From a virus (lineage: Duplodnaviria > Caudoviricetes), in the IMG/VR virus record IMGVR_UViG_3300045581_000594, positions 717 through 64,716 of that record: a stretch of DNA of 64,000 bases. The stretch is one strand, 5' to 3'. The position numbers were made by a program, and so were the translations under genes. Of the stretch, positions 48,708 to 58,865 are shown one piece after another. The notes beneath the pieces are model-generated. The model had not been told where the DNA came from. It saw only the letters and a list, made by a program, of their open reading frames with translations, and made no database searches. Each line of letters opens with the position of its first letter. The first letter of the stretch is position 1.

Positions 48708-49166
48708 ATGGCTACTATCATCAACCCAACCCCAGTGACTCCACAAACCTTCGACGGGATGTGGATTCAATCGTTAAACATTCACCCAGCTACCGAAGGT
48801 AAACCAAGAGGATTTCTCCAATCCAAGCTGCTCCCCTATGACGGGGCAAACCTGCTTGTGCATGGCGGTAAGGATGTCCGTAAACCGCTTCCAGATCGCG
48901 ACAGTAAAACCAACGAAATGGTTGATGCGCTTGTTGCTGAGGTTCAGAGATTGTCTGGCAAGACCGAAGAGATCATCAACATCAGCTTGTCAGCGTTTGA
49001 TCCAAGTAAGCCTGTAAAAGCGTTTGCTCGGTTTGTAGATGGCAAGTTCCACATCATCGAAGACTGCTTCGCTCTCGCAGCCGAAGACAGCACTTTCGCT
49101 GGTGTCCTTAGCCTGACGCTTGCTGAGATCGCTAGGCTCGCCGACCTTCAAGTCAGAATAGAATGA
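48708..49166 (+). CDS. Hypothetical protein (possible fibre chaperone)
   Basis: 152 aa directly after the beta-helix gene. Confidence 0.65.
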   Translation: MATIINPTPVTPQTFDGMWIQSLNIHPATEGKPRGFLQSKLLPYDGANLLVHGGKDVRKPLPDRDSKTNEMVDALVAEVQRLSGKTEEIINISLSAFDPSKPVKAFARFVDGKFHIIEDCFALAAEDSTFAGVLSLTLAEIARLADLQVRIE

Positions 49167-49360
49167 AACCGCCAACCATTATACGGATCAAGATGAAACG
49201 ATCAGGTGAGCCTCACAGCTTGCCTATTCGTGTTTCTAGGCGCAATCGCCAGCTTCCGTTTTCCTATAGATCTCGCTACAAATCGCCTGATCTCCTTTCA
49301 GATCTTTGTATGGTTCTATGCTTCACAATAGTGGTGGTGCTGGCCATAACTAAGCTCTGA
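49163..49360 (+). CDS. Small protein with C-terminal TM helix
   Basis: Overlapping start; hydrophobic C-terminus. Confidence 0.4.
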   Translation: MKPPTIIRIKMKRSGEPHSLPIRVSRRNRQLPFSYRSRYKSPDLLSDLCMVLCFTIVVVLAITKL

Positions 49361-49374
49361 TTAACTAAAAAAAT

Positions 49375-49812
49375 ATGCACGATACCCTATTAACCTTATC
49401 AGCGAAGCTGACCATGTCGTTCGTGGGGGCCCTCTTATCCTTTATGTCTACTCCTATTTTAGCCGCTGCAGAAAACTTCCCATCATGGTTCTCCGAATAT
49501 GGGGCACTTGGTTTGATGTGTAGTTTCCTGATCTACGCGCTGAAGATTATGCACGGGATAAACCAGCAGCTTCAAAAAGACTGGAGAGAGGATCGGCGTA
49601 AGTCGGAGGTGGAGCGTCTGGCCGACCGAGATCGATTTTACGGGAAGATTGAAGACCTGTTCCGCGACTCGGCAGAGTCGAGGGAAAGACTGGTAAAAAG
49701 TTTCGAGACCTTGTCGGACAGCATCGATGCTTCTTGCCGGAAGCACGCCGAGGGCTTAGACAGCTTGGAGCGGACGATCAAGAACCAAACCCTACACCAC
49801 CACATCTCATGA
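49375..49812 (+). CDS. Putative holin-like membrane protein
   Basis: Two hydrophobic segments then a charged coiled coil; near the endolysin. Confidence 0.55.
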   Translation: MHDTLLTLSAKLTMSFVGALLSFMSTPILAAAENFPSWFSEYGALGLMCSFLIYALKIMHGINQQLQKDWREDRRKSEVERLADRDRFYGKIEDLFRDSAESRERLVKSFETLSDSIDASCRKHAEGLDSLERTIKNQTLHHHIS

Positions 49813-50273
49813 TTCCTGTCGGAACCAAAATGGAAGTCCCACTCTCTGGGCCGTTTCGCAGCAAATTGCATTTCTTAGCCGTGAAGCGCGAGAGCGACGG
49901 GGAGATTTTCGTCGAGTTGCTTTCGCCGCTCCTTGTCATGACCCGTATCGGGCTGGTGGAGATCCCGAAGGGGTTCATCTCAGATGGAGCATCGATCCCC
50001 AAGATGGCCCGAGGCATCGTGGGTGATCCTTTCGAGCTGGAATACCTCGCCCCAGCCGTTGTGCATGATGCCTTCTACCGCAAGGGATTTCTGGATCATG
50101 TCTCCCGTGGGGTGGCCGATGGCATCTTCAAGGATTTGCTTTGGGACACAGGTGTTCCGAAGTGGAAAGTCCCGCCGTTCTATGCAGCCGTTCGGGCTGG
50201 GGGTTGGCGGGCATACAAGAAGGTGTCTACGATCTCGGTCATCCCAAAAGCCATACTTCTCCGTGAATCATGA
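49809..50273 (+). CDS. DUF1353 family protein
   Basis: IPKGFISDGASIP, AVVHDAFY, ADGIF and FYAAVRAGG. Confidence 0.88.
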   Translation: MIPVGTKMEVPLSGPFRSKLHFLAVKRESDGEIFVELLSPLLVMTRIGLVEIPKGFISDGASIPKMARGIVGDPFELEYLAPAVVHDAFYRKGFLDHVSRGVADGIFKDLLWDTGVPKWKVPPFYAAVRAGGWRAYKKVSTISVIPKAILLRES

Positions 50274-50647
50274 ATCCTCTACTCAAAGCCTTGTTCGAGA
50301 ACAGAGGTAGCCGTAAGGCTTCGGGGAAGAAAGTGTTTCCGACGAACCACCCAATGGTGAAGAATGAGGATGGTTCGGTGAGTAACGTGATCCTGAGTGG
50401 GGAGGATATCATGAACCCAGATGGCACATACAGCTATACAGTGGCTTTCCCTACTATGGTAGAGGGAAAGAAATACGAGAAAGATGAGGCTTTCGAAATT
50501 GCCAAAAAGAATGGACTTGAGAACTACCCGCGATTCGGTAGCGTCAAGGATATGAACAAGTGGGCGGAGAAGAATCACGGACGTATCGATGAGGCTGGGT
50601 ATCTGAAACGCGGTCTTTTAAGTGGACGCCGACCTCCTTTTAAGTGA
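50270..50647 (+). CDS. Conserved phage hypothetical protein
   Basis: NEDGSVS...FPTMVEGK...YPRF motif; overlapping start. Confidence 0.7.
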   Translation: MNPLLKALFENRGSRKASGKKVFPTNHPMVKNEDGSVSNVILSGEDIMNPDGTYSYTVAFPTMVEGKKYEKDEAFEIAKKNGLENYPRFGSVKDMNKWAEKNHGRIDEAGYLKRGLLSGRRPPFK

Positions 50648-50656
50648 TCTTGCTTT

Positions 50657-51208
50657 ATGGATTTACCTATTCAATACCAGTGGCTGACTTCTCTTCGGGG
50701 CCTGCCGAACACAATCAAGGTGGCTTTGGCTGAGTATGGAGTGCAGGAGGTGATTGGGCGGGGGGACAATAAGACCATTCTGTCTTGGCGGGATGAGCTG
50801 AATCTGGCGGGCGCGAAAGTCGTCGGTTACTCAGGGGATGATATCCCGTGGTGCGGGCTGTTTGCTGCCATCGTTTGCTACCGCCGGAAGAAGAACGCCA
50901 GTGAGGTGGTCAAAGATCCGCTCTGGGCTCGGAACTGGGCGAAGTACGGGGTCAAGGCCGATCGGGCGATCCTCGGGGATATCCTTGTGTTTTCTAGGGG
51001 GAGCAGCGGGCATGTCGGTTTTTACGTAGGGGAGGACTCCTCCTGCTACCACGTCCTCGGCGGGAACCAAAGCGACAAGGTCTGTATCACCCGCATCTTG
51101 AAATCTCGCTGTATTGCAGTTCGCCGCCCACCATACATCACTGTACCAAAAGCTGCCAAACCTTACCAGCTGGCGGCCACAGGCTCTGTCTCGGCGAACG
51201 AGGCTTAA
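50657..51208 (+). CDS. TIGR02594-like CHAP/NlpC-P60 endolysin
   Basis: PWCGLF, ARNW..YG, GDILVFSRG..GHVGFY and VLGGNQ. Confidence 0.9.
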   Translation: MDLPIQYQWLTSLRGLPNTIKVALAEYGVQEVIGRGDNKTILSWRDELNLAGAKVVGYSGDDIPWCGLFAAIVCYRRKKNASEVVKDPLWARNWAKYGVKADRAILGDILVFSRGSSGHVGFYVGEDSSCYHVLGGNQSDKVCITRILKSRCIAVRRPPYITVPKAAKPYQLAATGSVSANEA

Positions 51209-51265
51209 ATTAAACTTCCCTATTCTGAATAGGGTGGTATACTGCGAGGGCAAGCATATTACCTT

Positions 51266-53227
51266 ATGGCTACCGAAGATCCTCCATCCATGATCCCTAG
51301 AATTGTGGGGATTCTCGACCCAGAAACTGGCCACTACTCCGTAGTCGTCAGGGTTCCTGTTGACTTGAAACTCAAGTATCCCGATGAGCCTTGGAGGACG
51401 GGGATCGCTGATATCGGGCTACCTAAGCGGGAGTCCGATAAGTATGATGGGTATGTCTTGGTTGATTTCCTTCCGGCCAGCCCGACTGGTGAATCCTCTG
51501 ACATACTTTGGGTATTCGAGAAATTGGATAGCCCGCATTGGAACACTCGTACTCACTCAAGGGCTGGACTCATCCCCAATAAATTCCAGTCGTTTGTCAC
51601 GGAAACCAAGACTGAGTATGATACGTCTCCATTGGCCGACCTTACACCTCTGACGGGGGATGTGGTTTTTTCCCGTATTGAAGACAAAGAGGCTACAGGG
51701 AAGGCCAGAAAGACCGACGTGACGGAGGAGATCAGTGAGGATATCAGCCCTCTGGAAGGCGAGCTCACGGACACGTGGGGCGTCAATACCACTGAGGAAT
51801 CTTTGGTAGTGGACGGAACACCCACGGACTCCGGTTACGGGGTGAAAGATGCGAGAGTCGTCCCTTTGGGTAATGGCAAGTCCATCAAGTTCACCGAACG
51901 ATATCCTGCGGACGAGGATGAGGACGGGATCATTTATACCCTTGAAGGGGAGAGTTACGACGAATCGTCCGAGGCAGTTGTTTATGTCCGGAAGAGCTTA
52001 GTTGACGCGTCTCAGGCGGATACTCTGGCTGACGCCGCACGTGCCGACGATTATATTGTAGAGATTCAACCGCTGGATAAGTGGCACTCGATCATGGTCT
52101 CGTCTAAGATCGTTGATCTGCCTCCTGCTTCTTTGGGAGAGCTCACAGATACATGGGGCGTAAATACCACGGAAAAAGAACTCGTTGATGATGGGACACC
52201 GACCGAATATGGTTTCGGGGTTAAGGAAGGCAGAGTCGTTCCGCTGAGCAACGGCAAGTCTGTCAAGTTCACCGAACGATACCCTGAGCCAGCTGAAGAG
52301 GATGTGATCTATACGCTTGAGGGGCAGGACTATGACGAGTCCTCGAAGGCGGTGATCGATGTAACGAAGAGTTTGGTATCCGCTACAGCTGCGGAGTCGC
52401 TGGCAAATGCTAGACGGGATGACGGGGAGATTGTGGAAATTCGTCCGTTGGACAAATGGCACTCGATCCTCATATCTTCAAAGATCGCAGACCTTCCTGA
52501 GATGCAGGAATGGGATGAGACGATCCGTATAGACTTACCAAACAAATTGCTTAGTGTGGGGGTTGTGTGGGATGCGAAAGACGGAGGCTATGAGAACGCC
52601 AGCGGTGTTGATAACATCCCACTCATTCAGGCGGATAACCTGCCATGGAAGATGGCCGCACAAGCGCAGGCAAGTGCGTCCTGCTTCGGGTCTCCGTTTA
52701 TCGAGATCGAGCCCGGATATAACGGACCTGCAGTCGCCCGTGTCACACGTGAGTTTTTCGATGATCCTCCTATCCTGACAGCTGGGGATATCCATATCTT
52801 CCGTCCTGTTACGGGAATACTAACCATCCGAGGATTCAGTATCGACTCCTCTCAAGTCTCAACGAAGTCGGGTATTGGTTCGATCGCGTTCGGCTCGGAC
52901 ATATCCAATAGGCTCGACAAAGACAACAAACTGTCGATCACGAATTTTGGTCCATTTGAGCATGACGGGTTGTCCCCCATAGTAGTTGATCTAGGAGATA
53001 GCCCCAACGTAGTGGTCACCAAATCCGCATCCGCAGGAAGTTCACCAGCTTCGGGTGTTTTCCCCGCCGCCACTGTGACTATTAACGAAACCGCTTCCGC
53101 CACTGTGGAGTTCGCTGCAAGTTCTATACCACTTGTGACGGGTGATACCTACGTAGCCAATATCATTGTTCGCCCTTGGCGTGCGGGCAAATGGGTCCGT
53201 GAGACCTACACTGTAACTGTACCATAA
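51266..53227 (+). CDS. Tail protein with internal tandem duplication
   Basis: 653 aa; about 122-aa unit repeated at 51758-52123 and 52136-52498. Confidence 0.7.
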   Translation: MATEDPPSMIPRIVGILDPETGHYSVVVRVPVDLKLKYPDEPWRTGIADIGLPKRESDKYDGYVLVDFLPASPTGESSDILWVFEKLDSPHWNTRTHSRAGLIPNKFQSFVTETKTEYDTSPLADLTPLTGDVVFSRIEDKEATGKARKTDVTEEISEDISPLEGELTDTWGVNTTEESLVVDGTPTDSGYGVKDARVVPLGNGKSIKFTERYPADEDEDGIIYTLEGESYDESSEAVVYVRKSLVDASQADTLADAARADDYIVEIQPLDKWHSIMVSSKIVDLPPASLGELTDTWGVNTTEKELVDDGTPTEYGFGVKEGRVVPLSNGKSVKFTERYPEPAEEDVIYTLEGQDYDESSKAVIDVTKSLVSATAAESLANARRDDGEIVEIRPLDKWHSILISSKIADLPEMQEWDETIRIDLPNKLLSVGVVWDAKDGGYENASGVDNIPLIQADNLPWKMAAQAQASASCFGSPFIEIEPGYNGPAVARVTREFFDDPPILTAGDIHIFRPVTGILTIRGFSIDSSQVSTKSGIGSIAFGSDISNRLDKDNKLSITNFGPFEHDGLSPIVVDLGDSPNVVVTKSASAGSSPASGVFPAATVTINETASATVEFAASSIPLVTGDTYVANIIVRPWRAGKWVRETYTVTVP

Positions 53228-53229
53228 CG

Positions 53230-54183
53230 ATGTCTAGCCTAGATAAAAGACCATCTTTGATCCCGAAAGCAAAGACCTACTCAGGTTTGGGTAGGAGTCA
53301 AGACTCCAAGATCAGACAGAGTACTGGATATTCCGGTGTCGGAAAAAGCCCAGAAACTAAAATCAACGAGCAGATCAAGCGCGTTGACAAATTTCTAGCC
53401 GACGAGGCAAGGAAAAAAGGAGAGGACCCACCACCGAAGATTTCCTCAAGGAGCTCCGAGATGACTATGGAGCAGAAGATGGAAGCCCTGCGTAACGCTC
53501 GTGCTGCATATCTCGATAAGTTGGCCGATGATAAGGAGGATGGCGGTGCGCCTGCAGGCACGGAAATGACCCTTGAGGAAAAAGTGGAGGCTGTCCGTAA
53601 CTCTAAGTCTCCTGCCTCTGAGAAGACTAGTGAAGAACTTTCTAGGAGACCCGATGCCCCACCCCCAGAGCAACCATCCGGAGCCCCACAGAAACAGCAG
53701 TTTACTGTCACCACTGATGTGGTTGAAGAAAAGCCTGAGCGTCCTGAACTCATAGACGATTCGACTGTCGTGTCGCCTTCAGATGAAGAAGATCTGCTTA
53801 ATTTCCCATTCAGAGTGACTTCTAGTTTTAACCCAGATACTGAAGTATGGGAATATGAGGTATACACGGGGATTGCTGGGGGCATAACTATACCGACCAC
53901 TGCACCAAAATTGGTAGTTACGGATGATGATTACATCTATGTGGAGATCACAAGGGATCTCAGCAGCCGAGTGGTGACTGGTGCGATATTGTCCTCCGGC
54001 AACCTGATCCCTGATTCTGATTACACGTATCAGTTCGTGAACATCGCGCAGGTCAATGCGGGCGATGTGGTGCAACACAGATTCGAAGATATTCGTGTGA
54101 GCGAGTTCCTGATTGCTGAGGCGGGTGAATTGAAGTTGCTTACAGTCTTTGATACAACCAATTCCTACGACCCACCGCCATAA
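53230..54183 (+). CDS. Putative tail protein
   Basis: 317 aa; disordered N-terminal half with EMTxExKxEAxRN twice; beta-rich C-terminal half. Confidence 0.65.
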   Translation: MSSLDKRPSLIPKAKTYSGLGRSQDSKIRQSTGYSGVGKSPETKINEQIKRVDKFLADEARKKGEDPPPKISSRSSEMTMEQKMEALRNARAAYLDKLADDKEDGGAPAGTEMTLEEKVEAVRNSKSPASEKTSEELSRRPDAPPPEQPSGAPQKQQFTVTTDVVEEKPERPELIDDSTVVSPSDEEDLLNFPFRVTSSFNPDTEVWEYEVYTGIAGGITIPTTAPKLVVTDDDYIYVEITRDLSSRVVTGAILSSGNLIPDSDYTYQFVNIAQVNAGDVVQHRFEDIRVSEFLIAEAGELKLLTVFDTTNSYDPPP

Positions 54184-55166
54184 TGGCCGAACGTGTTACA
54201 ACCCCCAGTTTGAGATTCCGCTTTGTAGAGAAGACTACCGCACAAGTAGGAAGTCTGACGGATTATCCCGTGCAGATCACACTCGGTCAAGCGGCTGAGA
54301 TATTTCACAGGGTAAGAAACGCATCATGGTATAGTGGATCTATAGACATTCAATACGGGACAGCTCCATTTGACGATCATTACGAGATCTTCATTCCGTC
54401 CATTAGCCAGCCTGCGCCATTGATTCAGGAGGTCGTCAATCTTGCGACACCACACGCATCCAAGCGGGGATACGCCTTCAAAAAGAAAGGTGTGGCAGAT
54501 GAATTCGGGAATCTGCTCTATGAGCAAACCATGGTGGCTGGGGCTGATGACTATTACGATGCCGACTACCAATCAGGAGCCTATGATCCAGATGACGTCT
54601 GGAGAGACGGCAAATCAAGGGAGGCATCAATTCACGCCTCGGATCTCGTCGAATGGGACAATCTCGATGGTGGGGTCACAACTGGATTCTCATTTTTATC
54701 AGTCGCAGAAGGTGGAGGGACTGATCCAGCATCGTCAGGAGTTTATGCCTTTGATTCTAGGTTCAACTTTATTGGCAACGAAAACACCTTTGCATATGTG
54801 ATTTTCAGTGGGGAGATCGCCTGGGTGGATGTCAACGGATCAGGAAACCCGATTGATCCACTGAATGAGCTTTATCTAGGCGTCGAGTTTAAGGCCGTAT
54901 CAACGCCAATGCTGGATGTCACAAGCATATCAACAAAAGCCAGCGGAGATCCAAACGCAGTCTCAGCTTCGATCAAATTCATTCTCAGGCTTTCAAATTC
55001 TGATCTGGTATGTGACCTTGAAATCTCACCATTTATCTTTATTCTAGGGACTTATGACAGCCATACTGGGACTGATTTTGTTTTACTGGCAGACACTTGG
55101 TGGCCGTCCGCCAAGAATAGCCCAGCTGTACCTGTATGGGACACTACGACCGGAGCCAAACTCTAG
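54183..55166 (+). CDS. Putative tail/structural protein
   Basis: 327-aa ORF coupled via TAATG. Confidence 0.65.
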   Translation: MAERVTTPSLRFRFVEKTTAQVGSLTDYPVQITLGQAAEIFHRVRNASWYSGSIDIQYGTAPFDDHYEIFIPSISQPAPLIQEVVNLATPHASKRGYAFKKKGVADEFGNLLYEQTMVAGADDYYDADYQSGAYDPDDVWRDGKSREASIHASDLVEWDNLDGGVTTGFSFLSVAEGGGTDPASSGVYAFDSRFNFIGNENTFAYVIFSGEIAWVDVNGSGNPIDPLNELYLGVEFKAVSTPMLDVTSISTKASGDPNAVSASIKFILRLSNSDLVCDLEISPFIFILGTYDSHTGTDFVLLADTWWPSAKNSPAVPVWDTTTGAKL

Positions 55167-55232
55167 GCCGAATCAGCCCAATTCCTGTAACTCGGCTCTT
55201 GTAATTCTAAACAAATCCTGTAAGCTACCCTC

Positions 55233-56165
55233 ATGGCCACTACCCTAGCTGAGATAACCGATCTCTTAGAAGATTACACCGAGACAAACGGGGCGTTTCT
55301 TCCTGCCTTGAATCAGGTTCTTTCGAGGCTTTACAAGATCGGGATCTACAAAGACCTCACTGTGCAGTATAGCCTCCCCGTGTTCAACGGCCGCATAGTT
55401 CTGCCCGAGGACGCAGCCTCGATCATCCACGCTAGGGTGAGCGGAAATCCTACCCCACCCGCCTCTCTTTGGCATGACTACAAGAGCACGGGCGGAGCCA
55501 CCACGGGAGTCCCCGTGCTCGTGGATGACGGATACTCCCCTGTCATTGCTGCCCCGCCTGAAGCGGGTGTCACCACCATCGGTCTGTCCCCCTCCGTCCT
55601 TAGCCCTACGACGACAGGACACCCTGCGAACCAAGCCACAATCATTATCGATGGGGATGATGGATCACGGGTGATCCGTGCGGAGTTCAGCGGACATGAC
55701 CATGATGACTTTTTCTCTTTTGATGACCCCGTGACAGCTATTCGGTCAATTCGATTCGAAGGGTTCGGGGACACCAGATACGATCTCCTCTACACCGTAG
55801 GAGACCTCACTTCTTCCTTCGCCACAGTTGGGCCCGATGCTGGGGTTGTCCGCTACCGCCGATATCGCGTCGCCGAGGGCGTCCAAGACGGGGTCTACGT
55901 CCATGTCCTGTGCCGCAGGAAATTTCTCCCCTTGAAGAACGCCGAGGATATCTCCTATGTCGACAACATCGCCTCCATCAAACTCGGGCTCATGGCTCGG
56001 ATGTATGAGGACAACGCCGACCTCGAACGCGCCGACGCCTTCTGGGCTCGCTGCGCCGAACGACTCGATGAGGAATCCGACTCTGAAACGGGGGCTGCCC
56101 GTCCTATTTTGAACGTCGACCCCTACGGCCTCGGCGGTCATTCTCCTATTGAGCCAATGCTATGA
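55233..56165 (+). CDS. Putative head-tail adaptor / tail tubular protein
   Basis: Helical N- and C-termini around a beta core, as in podovirus adaptor proteins. Confidence 0.6.
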   Translation: MATTLAEITDLLEDYTETNGAFLPALNQVLSRLYKIGIYKDLTVQYSLPVFNGRIVLPEDAASIIHARVSGNPTPPASLWHDYKSTGGATTGVPVLVDDGYSPVIAAPPEAGVTTIGLSPSVLSPTTTGHPANQATIIIDGDDGSRVIRAEFSGHDHDDFFSFDDPVTAIRSIRFEGFGDTRYDLLYTVGDLTSSFATVGPDAGVVRYRRYRVAEGVQDGVYVHVLCRRKFLPLKNAEDISYVDNIASIKLGLMARMYEDNADLERADAFWARCAERLDEESDSETGAARPILNVDPYGLGGHSPIEPML

Positions 56166-56166
56166 A

Positions 56167-56670
56167 ATGCTCCTAGTAAACCCTACCTTGAGTCAGATCC
56201 AGCGGGCGAAGAAAGAAGCCCAAGAGCTAGGTGTGCTCAAGAACTCGGCTACCAAAGGTGCGGGGAACATGAGCGGCATGCTGGGAGAGATCTTGTTCCA
56301 CTCCTACTATGGGGGCAAGCGGGCTCCTAAATCCTGCCGCACGCACGACGTCACGCTGAAGAACGGGTTGAAGGTGGATGTCAAGTCTCAGCTCACCCAG
56401 AACGTGGTAAGTCTGGGTTCCGTGGTTCGGATATACGCCCCGTGGGAAAGCAAGGATTGGCTCACATCTAAATGTGATGTATACTATTTCATTAAGATTC
56501 AGCGGGGAACATTCTTCTCTGCGTTTATCGGGTGGATATACGCGAGCAGCCTGCTTGACACGTTTGAGTTCACCCCCGTAGGGGATATTAACCCCTTCGA
56601 CGGGAGGAGAGCCAGTGCCGACGAGTTCTCTGCTGAGGCGTCGGCACTGAAATCTGCTGACCTATTCTGA
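56167..56670 (+). CDS. PD-(D/E)XK restriction-fold nuclease
   Basis: GMLGE...HD....KVDVKS. Confidence 0.7.
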   Translation: MLLVNPTLSQIQRAKKEAQELGVLKNSATKGAGNMSGMLGEILFHSYYGGKRAPKSCRTHDVTLKNGLKVDVKSQLTQNVVSLGSVVRIYAPWESKDWLTSKCDVYYFIKIQRGTFFSAFIGWIYASSLLDTFEFTPVGDINPFDGRRASADEFSAEASALKSADLF

Positions 56671-58845
56671 CATCACCAGCTCAGGGAACGCTGCACCGTT
56701 CTCGATGTCGTAACTCTGAGACAGGTTGATCTCCCACATCTTCCCACCGCCTACACCGCAGCTGCGGACGGGGCGGAGATGGTCGTTGTAGCGGCAGTTC
56801 TCCTCCAGCACAGTCATGCCCCGACGGATAAACTCCACGTTGTTCGAGTTGCCGACTGACCGCCCGCCGTTGCACTCGTGCAGCACAACCTGAAACTCGG
56901 TCAAGGTTCCTCTCCAAACGAGCATATCGGGGGCGGATACTCTGACCTTCTTGGCGAAGAACTCGACCATCTCTGCAATAGCCGATCGGCTGGAGTTGTC
57001 GTAAGCCGCTGCCTCAATGAACGGGTCTATGTAATTCACTACCCCGAAACGATTGGTAGCCTCGATTGAGGAGGGCACACTCCAGTCGAGAAGCCAGCGC
57101 AGCATGTGGGGCATCTCTTGGGAGATGATCTGCTCCACCCGCTGGTTCGACCCGAACTTGACGTTGCTCTTGCCGCTCGCCCTTAGAGCCATGATCTTGT
57201 CCCTATTGGAGGAATCAAGAGTGGGCAGAGCGGCAAGAGAATTGGCGTCGAGGTTCAGGGACATCATTACCCGCCCCGCCCAAGGGAGGGGGACGGCGTC
57301 TGCATACTTCGCATGGAACTCAAGACGGGGGTTTGCCACGCACCGCTTGGTGAGTTCGACGAACTTGCGCTGATCGGAGTAAGTGGCTGCCGCTGTCTGG
57401 TCATCGATAACCCACGCTGCAGATCCGCACAGATCCTTGTTGAAGGTGGTCTTGCCGGACAAATAGTCGGAGGCATCGCTGTATCCGCCGACAGAAGTCC
57501 CGACGATCCGGTTGGTGAGCAGGGTTTTCCCGAACCCAGTAGGGCCGAGGAGGATAAGCAGATGACCCTGATCGAGGCGGTGGTTAAGCACCGCTTCGTA
57601 GAGACGCTTATACCACGCTAGGAAGTAGGGCAGGGTAGACTTGCCTTCTGAGTCATCGGCGAAGAACTGATGGAAGAAGGAGTGAATCCACGGCCACATC
57701 GCCGGATCTCCGTCGGCCGAAGGCTGAACGGCATGGGCTCGGTTGCTGTTGAGGATATGACGGCCGTTGAAACTGACCATCCGCTCCTTGGAGAAGACCA
57801 CAGGGGCGACTTCCTCAACCCGATATTCGTTGGAGATGGTCAGGATCGCCTGATCTACCTCTGACAAAGACTGACCTTTCTTCCGTTTCATGCTGAAGTT
57901 GGCTTGACGCAGCTCAAGGAGCAGCAGCTCTTTGGGGATGGTCACAGGAGTTCCGTTCAGCAGTTTGTAGAAGTTCTTCCCGTTGAACCAGTAATGACCA
58001 TAGAGTTTCGACATCTTCTGCAATTCGTATTTCTCTACAAATTGCTTACCGAAAATATCCCTCCACGACATGAAGCCTTTCTCGGCTCGGTCGGAATAGC
58101 AGACGATACCTTCTTCCCGCACCTGACATCCCTGCCGATCGACGCCGTCATCCACCCAGAACAAAGGCCCCCGTGCTCCGATCTCGAACGTCCCCTTCCA
58201 TCGGTTCGGGAACTGTTTGTGGATCTGAGCCTCGATGTCTTCGAGGGGGATACTCGTCTCCGAGGTGGTGATAGGTGCGTCATTGAGCACTTTGAACAGG
58301 ATGGTCTGAACATGAACCGGATCGAGAGGCTTCCCGATCTGCGTCCAGTCCTCCCCGATCTCGAAGAATCTCCCGATGTTCACGCTCGTGCGGTCGTATC
58401 CGGCGAGCAGCATGGATGCGCGTAGTGAGTCGGACAGTCTTTTCAGGAAGTTCTGAGCGATATCGGGGGAGATTGGCAGCGGCTCTTGGAACTCCCAGAC
58501 CAGACGGACACCTCCAGAGAAGGTGCGACTCCTCCACGTGGGGAGAGGGCAGTCAACCGCCCGCGTCTTGATGAGCTCGTCGATCTTCGCCCAGTCCTCC
58601 GGAGGAGCATCGTAGTCAGCCACCAACCCGTGAAGCCTGTTGATCGGATTGTCTTCATTGACGCGCATGGAGGAGTTCGTCCCCTCACATATGGAATAGA
58701 AACAGTGATCCGTGTCGGGCTTAGACCCCCAAGCCCTGAACTCCGCTTTGCTTTTTAGCACAGGACGGATGCAGGGTCTTTGAGAGATATCAGGGGACTC
58801 AATAACCAACGACTCTTGAAGGTTTTTAACGTAAAAGTATTTCAT
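56662..58845 (-). CDS. Primase-helicase (primase-like N-terminus plus SF3/D5-like P-loop ATPase)
   Basis: ADYD and RTFSGG.RLVW primase-like motifs; GPTGFGKT and WVIDD. Confidence 0.85.
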   Translation of the reverse strand: MKYFYVKNLQESLVIESPDISQRPCIRPVLKSKAEFRAWGSKPDTDHCFYSICEGTNSSMRVNEDNPINRLHGLVADYDAPPEDWAKIDELIKTRAVDCPLPTWRSRTFSGGVRLVWEFQEPLPISPDIAQNFLKRLSDSLRASMLLAGYDRTSVNIGRFFEIGEDWTQIGKPLDPVHVQTILFKVLNDAPITTSETSIPLEDIEAQIHKQFPNRWKGTFEIGARGPLFWVDDGVDRQGCQVREEGIVCYSDRAEKGFMSWRDIFGKQFVEKYELQKMSKLYGHYWFNGKNFYKLLNGTPVTIPKELLLLELRQANFSMKRKKGQSLSEVDQAILTISNEYRVEEVAPVVFSKERMVSFNGRHILNSNRAHAVQPSADGDPAMWPWIHSFFHQFFADDSEGKSTLPYFLAWYKRLYEAVLNHRLDQGHLLILLGPTGFGKTLLTNRIVGTSVGGYSDASDYLSGKTTFNKDLCGSAAWVIDDQTAAATYSDQRKFVELTKRCVANPRLEFHAKYADAVPLPWAGRVMMSLNLDANSLAALPTLDSSNRDKIMALRASGKSNVKFGSNQRVEQIISQEMPHMLRWLLDWSVPSSIEATNRFGVVNYIDPFIEAAAYDNSSRSAIAEMVEFFAKKVRVSAPDMLVWRGTLTEFQVVLHECNGGRSVGNSNNVEFIRRGMTVLEENCRYNDHLRPVRSCGVGGGKMWEINLSQSYDIENGAAFPELVMSE

Positions 58846-58865
58846 CTGTGTCGTAAATGGTTAGA

